Origin: a bacterium
GTDB taxonomy: Bacteria > UBP18 > UBA7526
Assembly (NCBI GenBank): GCA_030615855.1
Contig: JAUWYL010000002.1
Coordinates: 68,423 to 132,422 of the forward strand
Direction of reading: 5' to 3'
Length of the DNA: 64,000 nucleotides
In this document: positions 1-8,723 of the stretch, piece after piece
Layout: each line of letters opens with the position of its first letter
How positions within the stretch are numbered: the first letter of the stretch is position 1
The notes under the pieces: model-generated
What the model saw: the letters and a program-made list of their open reading frames with translations, nothing else
Database searches by the model: none
Told to the model about the DNA's origin: nothing
Position numbers and translations under genes: made by a program

Positions 1-804
1 CGTAAGATCCCAAACTACTTTTCCTTTAAAATCAGTCAGCTTCACTATTAAATTTACCAGATTTTTGATACTAATTTCCCTGCCGGAACCAAGATTAATT
101 GGCTCCAGAGTGTTTAATCTCTCCGCCGCCAAAATAATTCCTTCAACTAAATCTTTAACATAGATAAAATCTCTTTTAGGGCTACCATCTCCCCAAATTA
201 CTAATTTTTTTTCCTCAAAACACTTTTTAACAAGCGAGGGAATCACATGAGCCGTTTCTAAATCAAAATTATCTCTTGGACCATAGGTATTGTTGGCAAC
301 AACTACATTAACATCCATCCCAAATTCTTGATGATAGGTTTTTGCCAAAACCGCCATCGTTCTCTTTGCCCAACCAAAGCCAAAGTGAGATTCGTCGGGG
401 GGACCATTAAATAAATTTTCCTCTTTAAGTGGCATGGGAGAGTTTTTAGGGTAGGCGGGCGAACAGCTCACTAAAACAATCTTTCCTACCTCATTTTTTC
501 TGGTAGCTTCAACTAAATTTAAATCCATTACCATACAATTGTAAGCTTGGGTAGCAGGGTGAGTTTTGCTATAAGCAAGACCCCCAACATCAGCCGCCAG
601 ATGAAAAATTAGATTAACTCCTCTAGTTAATTTTAAACAATTCTCAAAAACTCGTAAATCATCCTTCTGACTATTTGGGATAATAATATTTTCTCTTTTA
701 GCTCTTCTTTTTTCCACTAAATTATCTACCACATGAGAACCGATAAAACCTGTTCCACCAGTAACTAAAATTTTTCTATTCTGCCAAATTTTATTTAAGG
801 TCAT
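1..804 (-). CDS. GDP-L-fucose synthase-like NAD-dependent epimerase/reductase (partial, runs off window start)
   Basis: Manual translation from ATG at 804: MTLNKIWQNRKILVTGGTGFIGSHVV...IFHLAADVGGL...NTYGPRDNFDLETAHVIPSL...WGDGSPKRDFIY; not in ORF track. Confidence 0.8.
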   Translation of the reverse strand, partial: MTLNKIWQNRKILVTGGTGFIGSHVVDNLVEKRRAKRENIIIPNSQKDDLRVFENCLKLTRGVNLIFHLAADVGGLAYSKTHPATQAYNCMVMDLNLVEATRKNEVGKIVLVSCSPAYPKNSPMPLKEENLFNGPPDESHFGFGWAKRTMAVLAKTYHQEFGMDVNVVVANNTYGPRDNFDLETAHVIPSLVKKCFEEKKLVIWGDGSPKRDFIYVKDLVEGIILAAERLNTLEPINLGSGREISIKNLVNLIVKLTDFKGKVVWDLT

Positions 805-1883
805 AACCAATCTACTCTTCCCATCCATTTTTCTCTATTTTCTGCATACCATTTAATTGTTTCCAGCAGACCTCTTTTCCAAGTATACGTTGGCTCCCAA
901 CCTGTAAACCTATGAAGTTTGGAGTAGTCAACTCTTAGCTCCTCAACTTCGCTCTTTCCTAACCGCCCTCTCTTCTTTTCATAAACCACTTTTTTTCTTC
1001 CCCAGTATCCTTCTTTTTTACCAAGCGACAGAATCAAATCAAGCCAGTCCTTAATCCTAATAGTTCTGCCAAAGCCAAAGCAGTATACTTCTCCTGGACT
1101 ACCAAAAAGAGCAACATGGATATGGCCCAGTGCTCCATCTTTGACAAAGGTAAAATCCCTCTTTGCTCCTAAGTAGCCTAACTTAATTACTTTTCTTTCC
1201 AAGGCTTGAGTAATAATGGTAGCGGTCACATATCTCGGATTCTGCCGAGGACCGTAATTATTAAACTTCCTGGCCACTACGCCGGCAAGACCATAAGCCC
1301 TAAAATAATTTTTAAAAAGAAAGTCAGCCGCCACTTTCGAAGTAGCGTAAATACTTTGTGGATTAAGTGGTGATTTTTCATCCAGAATTAATCCCCCGCT
1401 TTTATCAAAGCGGTAATGAGATTTAAACTCGGGATTAACATTGCCATACTCTTCAGAACTACCAGCAAAACTAACTTTATAGGGATTTAGTCTAATATCA
1501 ACCATGGTTTGCAATAAATTCAATGTGCCCACAGCATTAGTTGTAAAGGTCTCATAAGCTCTCCGCCACGATTCACCTACGTGAGCCTGAGCAGCTAAGT
1601 GAAAAATAATGGATTTACTACTCCCATCCTTTTTTATCTCAAGAAGAGATTGCCTAACCGCCTGTTTATCCGTAATATCTGCCTTATGAATAGTGATCTT
1701 CCTTTGAAGGTGCCCAATGTTGTGAAGCATCCCGGAAGAAGTAGGTCTTATTAAAACATGAACATCAGCCCCAAATTCTAAGAGTTTATCCGTTAGATGG
1801 GAACCTACAAACCCATCTGCTCCAGTTATTAAAACAGTTCTTCCTTTTAAGATTTTCCTAATCTCTTTCTCTTTTTTCTTCAT
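801..1883 (-). CDS. NAD-dependent nucleotide-sugar 4,6-dehydratase (GDP-mannose/dTDP-glucose dehydratase-like)
   Basis: TGADGFVG, FHLAAQAHV, SSEEYG, YATSK, FNNYGPRQ motifs. Confidence 0.85.
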   Translation of the reverse strand: MKKKEKEIRKILKGRTVLITGADGFVGSHLTDKLLEFGADVHVLIRPTSSGMLHNIGHLQRKITIHKADITDKQAVRQSLLEIKKDGSSKSIIFHLAAQAHVGESWRRAYETFTTNAVGTLNLLQTMVDIRLNPYKVSFAGSSEEYGNVNPEFKSHYRFDKSGGLILDEKSPLNPQSIYATSKVAADFLFKNYFRAYGLAGVVARKFNNYGPRQNPRYVTATIITQALERKVIKLGYLGAKRDFTFVKDGALGHIHVALFGSPGEVYCFGFGRTIRIKDWLDLILSLGKKEGYWGRKKVVYEKKRGRLGKSEVEELRVDYSKLHRFTGWEPTYTWKRGLLETIKWYAENREKWMGRVDWL

Positions 1884-1887
1884 AAAA

Positions 1888-2970
1888 TTATCCTTTCTTA
1901 AAAAAATTTTTAATCTCTCTACACACTCTTTTGATATCTTTCTTGGTTAAAAACGAGGAGGAAGGAAGCCAGAGTCCACATTGGGAAGCCCAGGTTGAGA
2001 CGGGAAATCTTCCGCTACCTCTATAAGGCTTTAAAGAGTGAATTGTGGGATAAAATTCTCTTGTTCCAATTTCTTTCTGGCTCAAAAATTTTTTAAGGGA
2101 TAATGGTTTATTAACAAAGATGTCAACAAACCAGGGAGTAGTTTGAGAAAGATCGGTAGGAAGCATCTTAACCTCTTTCACCTCAGCAAGTTCTTCTTCG
2201 TAGATTCTATACATTTCTCTCTTCCATTCAATTCTCTTTTTTAATTTTTTCATTTGAGCAATTCCCAAGGCTGCTTGGATATCAGTAAATTTAAAGTTAA
2301 AACCAATCGTGTCATGTTTCTGAGTCTTTCGGTCAATGCGACCGAAATCTTTAATACGATACATCTTATCTCTCAGCCGTTTACTATTAGTAACCAGAAC
2401 TCCTCCCTGACCAGTGGTAATAATCTTAGGAGTAGAAAATGAAAAACTTCCAATCTCTCCCAAAGTCCCCAGGTGCTTTCCTTTATAATACGACCCTAAG
2501 GCTTGGGCAGCATCTTCAACAATGAATAGATCATAGTCCTTAGCAATTTTTTTAAGTGCCTCCATATCTGGAGCACGAGCATTCATCGCTACGGGCATAA
2601 TCGCCTTTGTTTTTTGGGAAATCTTCTTCACCACTTCATATAAATCAAGGCAAAGATTATCCTTTTGAATATCTATTAAAATAGGGCTCGCTCCGGCAAG
2701 AAGAACAGCATTAGGACTACCAACCATAGTAAAATCTGGTACAATCACTTCATCACCCCTTTCTATCCCTAAAGCCATTAAAGCAATAGCCAGACTTACT
2801 GTTCCATTGTTTACTGCTAAAGCATAGCGACTATCAACAAACTCGGCCACCATCTTTTCAAACTCATAGGTTCTGTCAGCCTCAGTAACCCAACCAGAAT
2901 CAATAGTAGCAATAAGCTCTTTTTTCTCTTCTTCTCCTATCCAGGGTTCCATTTGATTTATTCTGATCAT
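1888..2970 (-). CDS. DegT/DnrJ/EryC1/StrS sugar aminotransferase (perosamine synthase-like)
   Basis: EDAAQALG, SFSTPKIITTGQGG PLP-lysine motif. Confidence 0.9.
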   Translation of the reverse strand: MIRINQMEPWIGEEEKKELIATIDSGWVTEADRTYEFEKMVAEFVDSRYALAVNNGTVSLAIALMALGIERGDEVIVPDFTMVGSPNAVLLAGASPILIDIQKDNLCLDLYEVVKKISQKTKAIMPVAMNARAPDMEALKKIAKDYDLFIVEDAAQALGSYYKGKHLGTLGEIGSFSFSTPKIITTGQGGVLVTNSKRLRDKMYRIKDFGRIDRKTQKHDTIGFNFKFTDIQAALGIAQMKKLKKRIEWKREMYRIYEEELAEVKEVKMLPTDLSQTTPWFVDIFVNKPLSLKKFLSQKEIGTREFYPTIHSLKPYRGSGRFPVSTWASQCGLWLPSSSFLTKKDIKRVCREIKNFFKKG

Positions 2971-2982
2971 CTTTTTCTTTCC

Positions 2983-3975
2983 TTACAAAAGAGATTTTAG
3001 GAATTTTTCTTTATACCAGATTTCATATCTCGGGTTATAAGGGTTGCTAAAAATTTTCTTTTCCAGGGCATCCTTTATCTCCAAAATACCTTCTTTCACA
3101 CTCCTTTTAGCTTTGAAACCTAATCTTCTCTCAATTTTTTTAAAAGAAATACGGTAATTACGGGGGTCCTTTTTCTTTTCCATGATCTTTATTTGAAGTT
3201 CCGGGATATATTCTTTAATTAGATTAGCAAGTTGTTTTTTTTGATAGTTTTCTGTTCCGACATTAAAAATCTCGCCAGAGATTTTGTTAAGTGGGGCTCT
3301 AAGGCAGGTAAGATAGGCATCTGCAGCATCTCTAACATGGGTAAAGGCACGCCAACATTTCGGTCCATAAATAACTACTCTTTTTTTATGAACCGCCTCG
3401 CGGACAAAATCATTTATCACAAGATTAAAACGCATTTTAGGAGAAAGTCCAAACATCATAGCGAAACGAAGAATGCAAGGGTGAAACTGAGATGTCTCAA
3501 TTGTCCTAAGGTATTCTTCACAAGCCACTTTAGTCTCAGCATAAAGAGAAGTAATGTTCAAAGAGGTATCTTCTTGAGCCAGACCAGCACGGTAGATACC
3601 GTAATTACTACAAGTGGAGCTAAAAATGAAGCGCTTAATTTTCTTCTGTTTACAGCAGGAAGCAATAATTCGAGTTGCTTCAAAGTTAATCTCCCAGGTT
3701 ACCTTAGGTTTAACCTCACATGCCTCTTCACCCACTAACGCCGCCAGATGGATAACAGTGTCTATTCTCTCAAGAGCTTCCTCAACTATTCTTCTATCTC
3801 GAATATCACCTTTAACAAACTCAAAATTGGGGTGGCCATAAAACTCAAGGAGACTCTCACCACCAAACATTAAATAATCCAATAAGCGTACTTTAAAACC
3901 TTCTTTTAAAAGGAGCGGAATTAAAATTGATCCAACATAACCTGCTCCGCCGGTAACCAATACCCTCCTTCTCAT
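2983..3975 (-). CDS. NAD-dependent epimerase/dehydratase
   Basis: TGGAGYVG, HLAALVG, SSTCSNYG, YAETK. Confidence 0.85.
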   Translation of the reverse strand: MRRRVLVTGGAGYVGSILIPLLLKEGFKVRLLDYLMFGGESLLEFYGHPNFEFVKGDIRDRRIVEEALERIDTVIHLAALVGEEACEVKPKVTWEINFEATRIIASCCKQKKIKRFIFSSTCSNYGIYRAGLAQEDTSLNITSLYAETKVACEEYLRTIETSQFHPCILRFAMMFGLSPKMRFNLVINDFVREAVHKKRVVIYGPKCWRAFTHVRDAADAYLTCLRAPLNKISGEIFNVGTENYQKKQLANLIKEYIPELQIKIMEKKKDPRNYRISFKKIERRLGFKAKRSVKEGILEIKDALEKKIFSNPYNPRYEIWYKEKFLKSLL

Positions 3976-4961
3976 AACTTAACCCCTCCTAGATCTTTTC
4001 TGAAATTTTCATCTTCTTTAAACCTCGCTCGGAACCATTCCACGGTCTTTTTTAAACCGGATATAAAGTCATACTCCGGGTCATAGTTTAAAAGGTTTCT
4101 GGCCCGGGAGATATCTGCCAGGGCGCGGTAAGCATCGCCTGGTCGGGGGGGAAGGAAGACCGGCTTTAGATCCTTATGCATAATCTCATTGAGGATCCTT
4201 AATAGCTCCAAGATAGAGATATCCCTACCGCAGGCAATATTAAAGATCTCACATCTTAGATTCTGAGTATTCATCGCTCTGATATTAGCCTCCACCACGT
4301 TATCCACAAAGGAAAAATCCCGCGATTGCCGACCATCCCCATAGATAGGCGGTGATTCATCCTTTAATAAAGAGGCGATAAACTTGGGGATGACAACAGC
4401 ATACTCATCATCCAAGCTCTGGCGGGGGCCAAAGACATTGAAGTATCGAAGAGAGACCGTCTCAAGATTATGGTTCTCTGAAAAGATACGGCAGTAATAT
4501 TCACCTGCGAGTTTAGTCAGGGCATAGGGCGAGATGAGCAATGGTATATCGGCCTCCTTCTCCGGGAAGTTCTGGGTATCGCCATAGATAGAACTGGAGG
4601 AGGCAAAGACAAAGCGTTTCACTCCTGCCTCCCGGGCAGCCCGAAGTAGGTTCAGGGTGCCATCAATATTGACCTCATTAAACTCATACGGATTGGCCAG
4701 TGATTTAGGAACTGAACGCCGGGCAGCCTGATGCAGAACATAATCCATGCCCTTACAAGCCTCCTGGCAGGTTCTAAAATCACGGATATCACCCCGTATC
4801 AGGCTGTAGACCCGAGGACTAAGGCCTGAGGTAAAACCCAGGTTCTCCTCTTTCCCTGAGGAGAAGTCATCCAATACCTGGACAGAATAGCCTTCTTTAA
4901 GCAGCCTTTCCACGATATGGGAACCGATGAACCCCGCCCCACCAGTAACTAAAATCCTCAT
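3972..4961 (-). CDS. UDP-HexNAc(A) 4-epimerase (WbpP/TviC-like SDR)
   Basis: TGGAGFIG, HQAARRSVPKS, SPYALTK, LRYFNVFGPRQ. Confidence 0.85.
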   Translation of the reverse strand: MRILVTGGAGFIGSHIVERLLKEGYSVQVLDDFSSGKEENLGFTSGLSPRVYSLIRGDIRDFRTCQEACKGMDYVLHQAARRSVPKSLANPYEFNEVNIDGTLNLLRAAREAGVKRFVFASSSSIYGDTQNFPEKEADIPLLISPYALTKLAGEYYCRIFSENHNLETVSLRYFNVFGPRQSLDDEYAVVIPKFIASLLKDESPPIYGDGRQSRDFSFVDNVVEANIRAMNTQNLRCEIFNIACGRDISILELLRILNEIMHKDLKPVFLPPRPGDAYRALADISRARNLLNYDPEYDFISGLKKTVEWFRARFKEDENFRKDLGGVKL

Positions 4962-5857
4962 CTTCGTCTTCCTTCAATCAAGTATTGAATTCCGACCAGA
5001 AACCTTAAAGAATAAAGCCCTAAGGCTAATAAGGGTTGTCTCAAAAGTTTCTTCCACTTTCCCTTCTCCAGAAAGACTCCCAAATATCGATACCAGAATC
5101 CCAACTGTTTTCTTATGATTATATCATCCTTTCCCCATTTTTTGATATACTTTGTAAACGATCGGGAATAATAACCTTTTTTCTTTAGATATCTCTTGAG
5201 ATTAAATTCTTCTTCGTTGTGATATAAGGAACCATCTATAATATCTACTTTTCCAATTTTTTTAATCCTTCGGTCAAAATCCCAATCTTCAGGGCCAGTT
5301 AGAGACTCGTCAAATCCATCAATTTTTAAAAATTCATCTCTACGAACAAATCTCACACAATCTATTACTGTGGCATTATAAAAACCTCTTTCAAAATCCC
5401 TCACTCTCACCCAAAAACTATTTCCGACTATTCGCTCAGGAATGTATAGTGCCACACAGCCTTCGTTCTCACCCCGAAGGAAAGCCTCCCCATACCATCC
5501 CGCCGAGGCGGAAGCTACGGGGCAGGTTGGCTTCCTACGGGGCAGGCATTTATTTACACACTCCTCTATTACCTTTTCAGATAAAACCATATCCGTATCA
5601 AGATATAAGATATACTTCCCGCTGGACCTTTCCACCCCAAAGTTTCTTTGGGCAGAACGCTCAGGACCTTTGTTAAGAATTTTATTTGTAAATTTTTTAG
5701 CTAATTCAACTGTATTATCAGTTGAATTATTATCTACTACTATTATTTCTATCTTTTCTTGTGGATAGGACTGGCTTTTTATACTTTGAAGACAGTTCTT
5801 AATATTTTTTTCTTCGTTTTTAGTAGTGATAATTATACTGACAGATGGCAAATTCAC
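4958..5857 (-). CDS. Glycosyltransferase family 2, carrying a 25-aa in-frame insertion
   Basis: VVDNNSTD, KGPERSAQRNFG, YLDTD, EDWDF; insertion at 5471-5545. Confidence 0.85.
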   Translation of the reverse strand: MNLPSVSIIITTKNEEKNIKNCLQSIKSQSYPQEKIEIIVVDNNSTDNTVELAKKFTNKILNKGPERSAQRNFGVERSSGKYILYLDTDMVLSEKVIEECVNKCLPRRKPTCPVASASAGWYGEAFLRGENEGCVALYIPERIVGNSFWVRVRDFERGFYNATVIDCVRFVRRDEFLKIDGFDESLTGPEDWDFDRRIKKIGKVDIIDGSLYHNEEEFNLKRYLKKKGYYSRSFTKYIKKWGKDDIIIRKQLGFWYRYLGVFLEKGKWKKLLRQPLLALGLYSLRFLVGIQYLIEGRRR

Positions 5858-6009
5858 TTTCTTATACTATATTCTCTCTTTCTATTGAAATAAGAACCTC
5901 CGATTTCATCGGAAAACCTTGTTTCTCGCTTTGCTTAAAAATGAGCCAAGCAAGTTGTCTCTTTCTTCGCTACCGCTCAGAAATAAGAACCTTGTTTTTC
6001 CGCTAACGT

Positions 6010-7044
6010 TCAAAATAAAGCTTTGTTTTCTTTGACCCAGGAAATAAGTTTTTTCATTCCTTCTTTTGGGGTCACTTTTGGTTCCCAGTTTAAGGCCTTT
6101 TTAACCTTTGAGATATCTGAGATGTATACTTTTTGGTCGCTGGGGCGCCAATCGCTGAAGGTGATCTTGCTTCTCTTCCCTGTTTCTGCTTCTAAAAAAT
6201 CTAAAAATTCTAACAGAGAAGTGGTATTCTCTGGGCCACCACCAATATTGAAGACTGCATGCCTGAGATCACTTTCTATAAATTTATCATAGGCCTCTAT
6301 CAGATCAGTAACATAAAGAAGGTCTCTTACTTGCTTTCCATTGCCATAGATGGTAATCGGCTTGCTAAATAAAGCGGCAATAATGAACCAGGCCACCCAA
6401 CCCTGGTCTTCGAAGCCAAACTGACGCGTCCCAAAAATGCAAGACATGCGAAAGACTGCAGTCTTCATACCATAGATATGAGCATATTCTTGGGTATAGA
6501 TGTCTCCCACATATTTACTTACCCCATAGGGGGTATGGCCGGTGTGATCAATGGGTATCTTCTCCGAAATACCTTCTACTCCATCATAGATATAGCGTTC
6601 CTCCTTCTCTATCAAGGGAATTTTATCCACGTTTTCCCCATAGACTTTGTTAGTACTACAATAAATAAATACAGCATTTTTTGATTTCTTTCTCAGACAT
6701 TCCAAGACATTTAGAGTACCAAAGGCATTGATGCTGAAGTCCTCCCTGGGAATGCGTACGGATAGAGGAACCCCGGGCTGACCAGCAGTATGAATAACTA
6801 CATCCACTCCATCCCCAATGGCCTTTAAGACGTCTTTCTCATTCCGAACATCCCCCTTAATTCTCTTAATGTTATCATATTTTGCTAAATAGTTCCAGTT
6901 ATACTCCACGCTCTTCTTGTCATAGCCAAAGAGTTGAGAACGCATTAAGTTATCCAATACAATTACTTCATCGCCTTTCTTAGCATAATACTCTGCGGTA
7001 TGACTCCCCACTAATCCTGCTCCCCCAGTAACCAATACTCTCAT
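6010..7044 (-). CDS. CDP-paratose 2-epimerase-like NAD-dependent epimerase
   Basis: STNKVYG, TPYGVSK, RMSCIFGTRQFGFEDQGWVAWF, WRPSDQ. Confidence 0.85.
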   Translation of the reverse strand: MRVLVTGGAGLVGSHTAEYYAKKGDEVIVLDNLMRSQLFGYDKKSVEYNWNYLAKYDNIKRIKGDVRNEKDVLKAIGDGVDVVIHTAGQPGVPLSVRIPREDFSINAFGTLNVLECLRKKSKNAVFIYCSTNKVYGENVDKIPLIEKEERYIYDGVEGISEKIPIDHTGHTPYGVSKYVGDIYTQEYAHIYGMKTAVFRMSCIFGTRQFGFEDQGWVAWFIIAALFSKPITIYGNGKQVRDLLYVTDLIEAYDKFIESDLRHAVFNIGGGPENTTSLLEFLDFLEAETGKRSKITFSDWRPSDQKVYISDISKVKKALNWEPKVTPKEGMKKLISWVKENKALF

Positions 7045-8529
7045 TCTCTCCTCCTCATAAAGTCTCGGAGATGACCTAAAACTGCTTTTCCAGCACGCCA
7101 GAAAAACTTCAGGTCTTCAATATTCCTGATGGATATTATCTTTCTAACTAAGAATCGGGGAGTGATAAAGGATTTATAGATGCCCTGAGTAAGTCGCATT
7201 ACCTCCTCATCCTTCATTCTGGTCTTCATGGCTGGCTGACTCATATCGAATCTGTCCCAATCCCCACTCTTTAACCAACCATTCTTCCTGCATTCCTCAA
7301 AGAGGACCGTTCCGGGATAGGGAATCATAATGGTTGCCTGCAGAGAATCTATCAAGCCTTTACTAAACAAGTCCTTTGTCATCTGAATAGTCTTCTCTGC
7401 TTCCACCTTTGTCTCCCAGGGATAACCAACCATACAGGTAACGTGAGGCTCAAGACGACCTTTAACCTCCCTGTTTGCCTTTTTGACCTCTCCTAACTCC
7501 TTTTCAATGGCAGCAATTTCTATGTCTTTATTTAACCTATTAATCGTTTCCTGACTCGCCGATTCAAGCCCATAAAGTAAAAACCTGAAACCCGCCTTAG
7601 CCATTAGTTGGTAATCTTCTCTGGTTAATGCTCCAAAGCGCAGATTGCAATTGAAATTAATCCTTTCATTATAACCTCTTTTTATCATCCCCTGACAAAA
7701 TTCTCGCAGCCATTCACCCGCAGGAAAAGTACCGGTATCACCCATTATCTCCCGAATGTGATATTTTTCGATAAGTTCCCCTATTTCATCTAAAACATTC
7801 TCCACCGACCTTACCCTCCAGGTAGGATAGAGAGTGGTCCAGGAACAGAAGGTGCAGCCACCGTTTCTGCGCCACCAACAATCGCGACCTGCCATAATAT
7901 AAGTCCCGGGAGTTAATTTATAATTTCCATTCTCATAAGCATAGAGTTTCCATTTAGTTAAATCACGGTCAATGACAGGTAAAGAATCTAAATCATGATT
8001 TAATTGAAAACGGCCAGTGTTTTTGATTTCACCGTTTTCACGATACCAGATGCCGGGCCCCAAATCGGTGAACGGTGAACGGTGAACGGTGAACGGTTTT
8101 CTTAAAGCTTGGCAGAGGTTGAGGAGAAGGAAGTCATAGTCGCCACCGGTTAATACATAATCAACTTGAGAATTGTGGAAGGACTCCTCTGGGAGGGCGG
8201 TAACATGGTCACCAAATAAGACGGTTTTGAGTTTTGAGTTTATCAATGATCTTCCAGTGCTGCTTAATTACCGGGGTTTTGGTCTCCATAGCAATAATAT
8301 CCGGATTTTCTTTTTTCACTTCGTCTAACCATTTCTCGTAAGTCCATTTCTCTGCTATTCCATCCAGCCAGATAACCTCATAACCCGCATTCTTAAGCAT
8401 AGTCGCTGCCAGAGCAGGAACTACAGGATAGATATAGGTAGGGTTATGGAACCATTGGAATTGCCTATTCTGACTTAATAGAGGACATCCTGGCCCTTTT
8501 AAGGGAGGATAAGATATCATTACTTTCAC
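7041..8529 (-). pseudogene. B12-binding radical SAM protein split by a frameshift (ORFs 8209-8529 and 7041-8246)
   Basis: N-terminal cobalamin-binding-type domain in upstream ORF; CxxxxxxxCxxC (CWWRRNGGCTFC) and GLESASQ in downstream ORF; frames join if one AAACTCA unit at 8228-8241 is removed. Confidence 0.8.
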
Positions 8530-8555
8530 CCCGTTAGACCTCCTCGTATAATATG

Positions 8556-8690
8556 TTACTACACTTCGTTGTTACTATCGGTTACTACGCTCCGCTGTTA
8601 CTAACGGTTGCAGTAACTGTTAGTAACCCCTGCCTGCCGAAGCCTTGGCGTAGGCAGGCTTAGTAACCCTTTAGTAACTGCTAGTAACCT
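8556..8690. repeat. Convergent GTTACT/AGTAAC short-repeat arrays with an embedded palindrome (CCTGCCTGCCGAAGCCTTGGCGTAGGCAGG)
   Basis: Direct reading. Confidence 0.75.
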
Positions 8691-8723
8691 TCTTCATATT
8701 TGCGCATTACTTTTAAGCAATTC

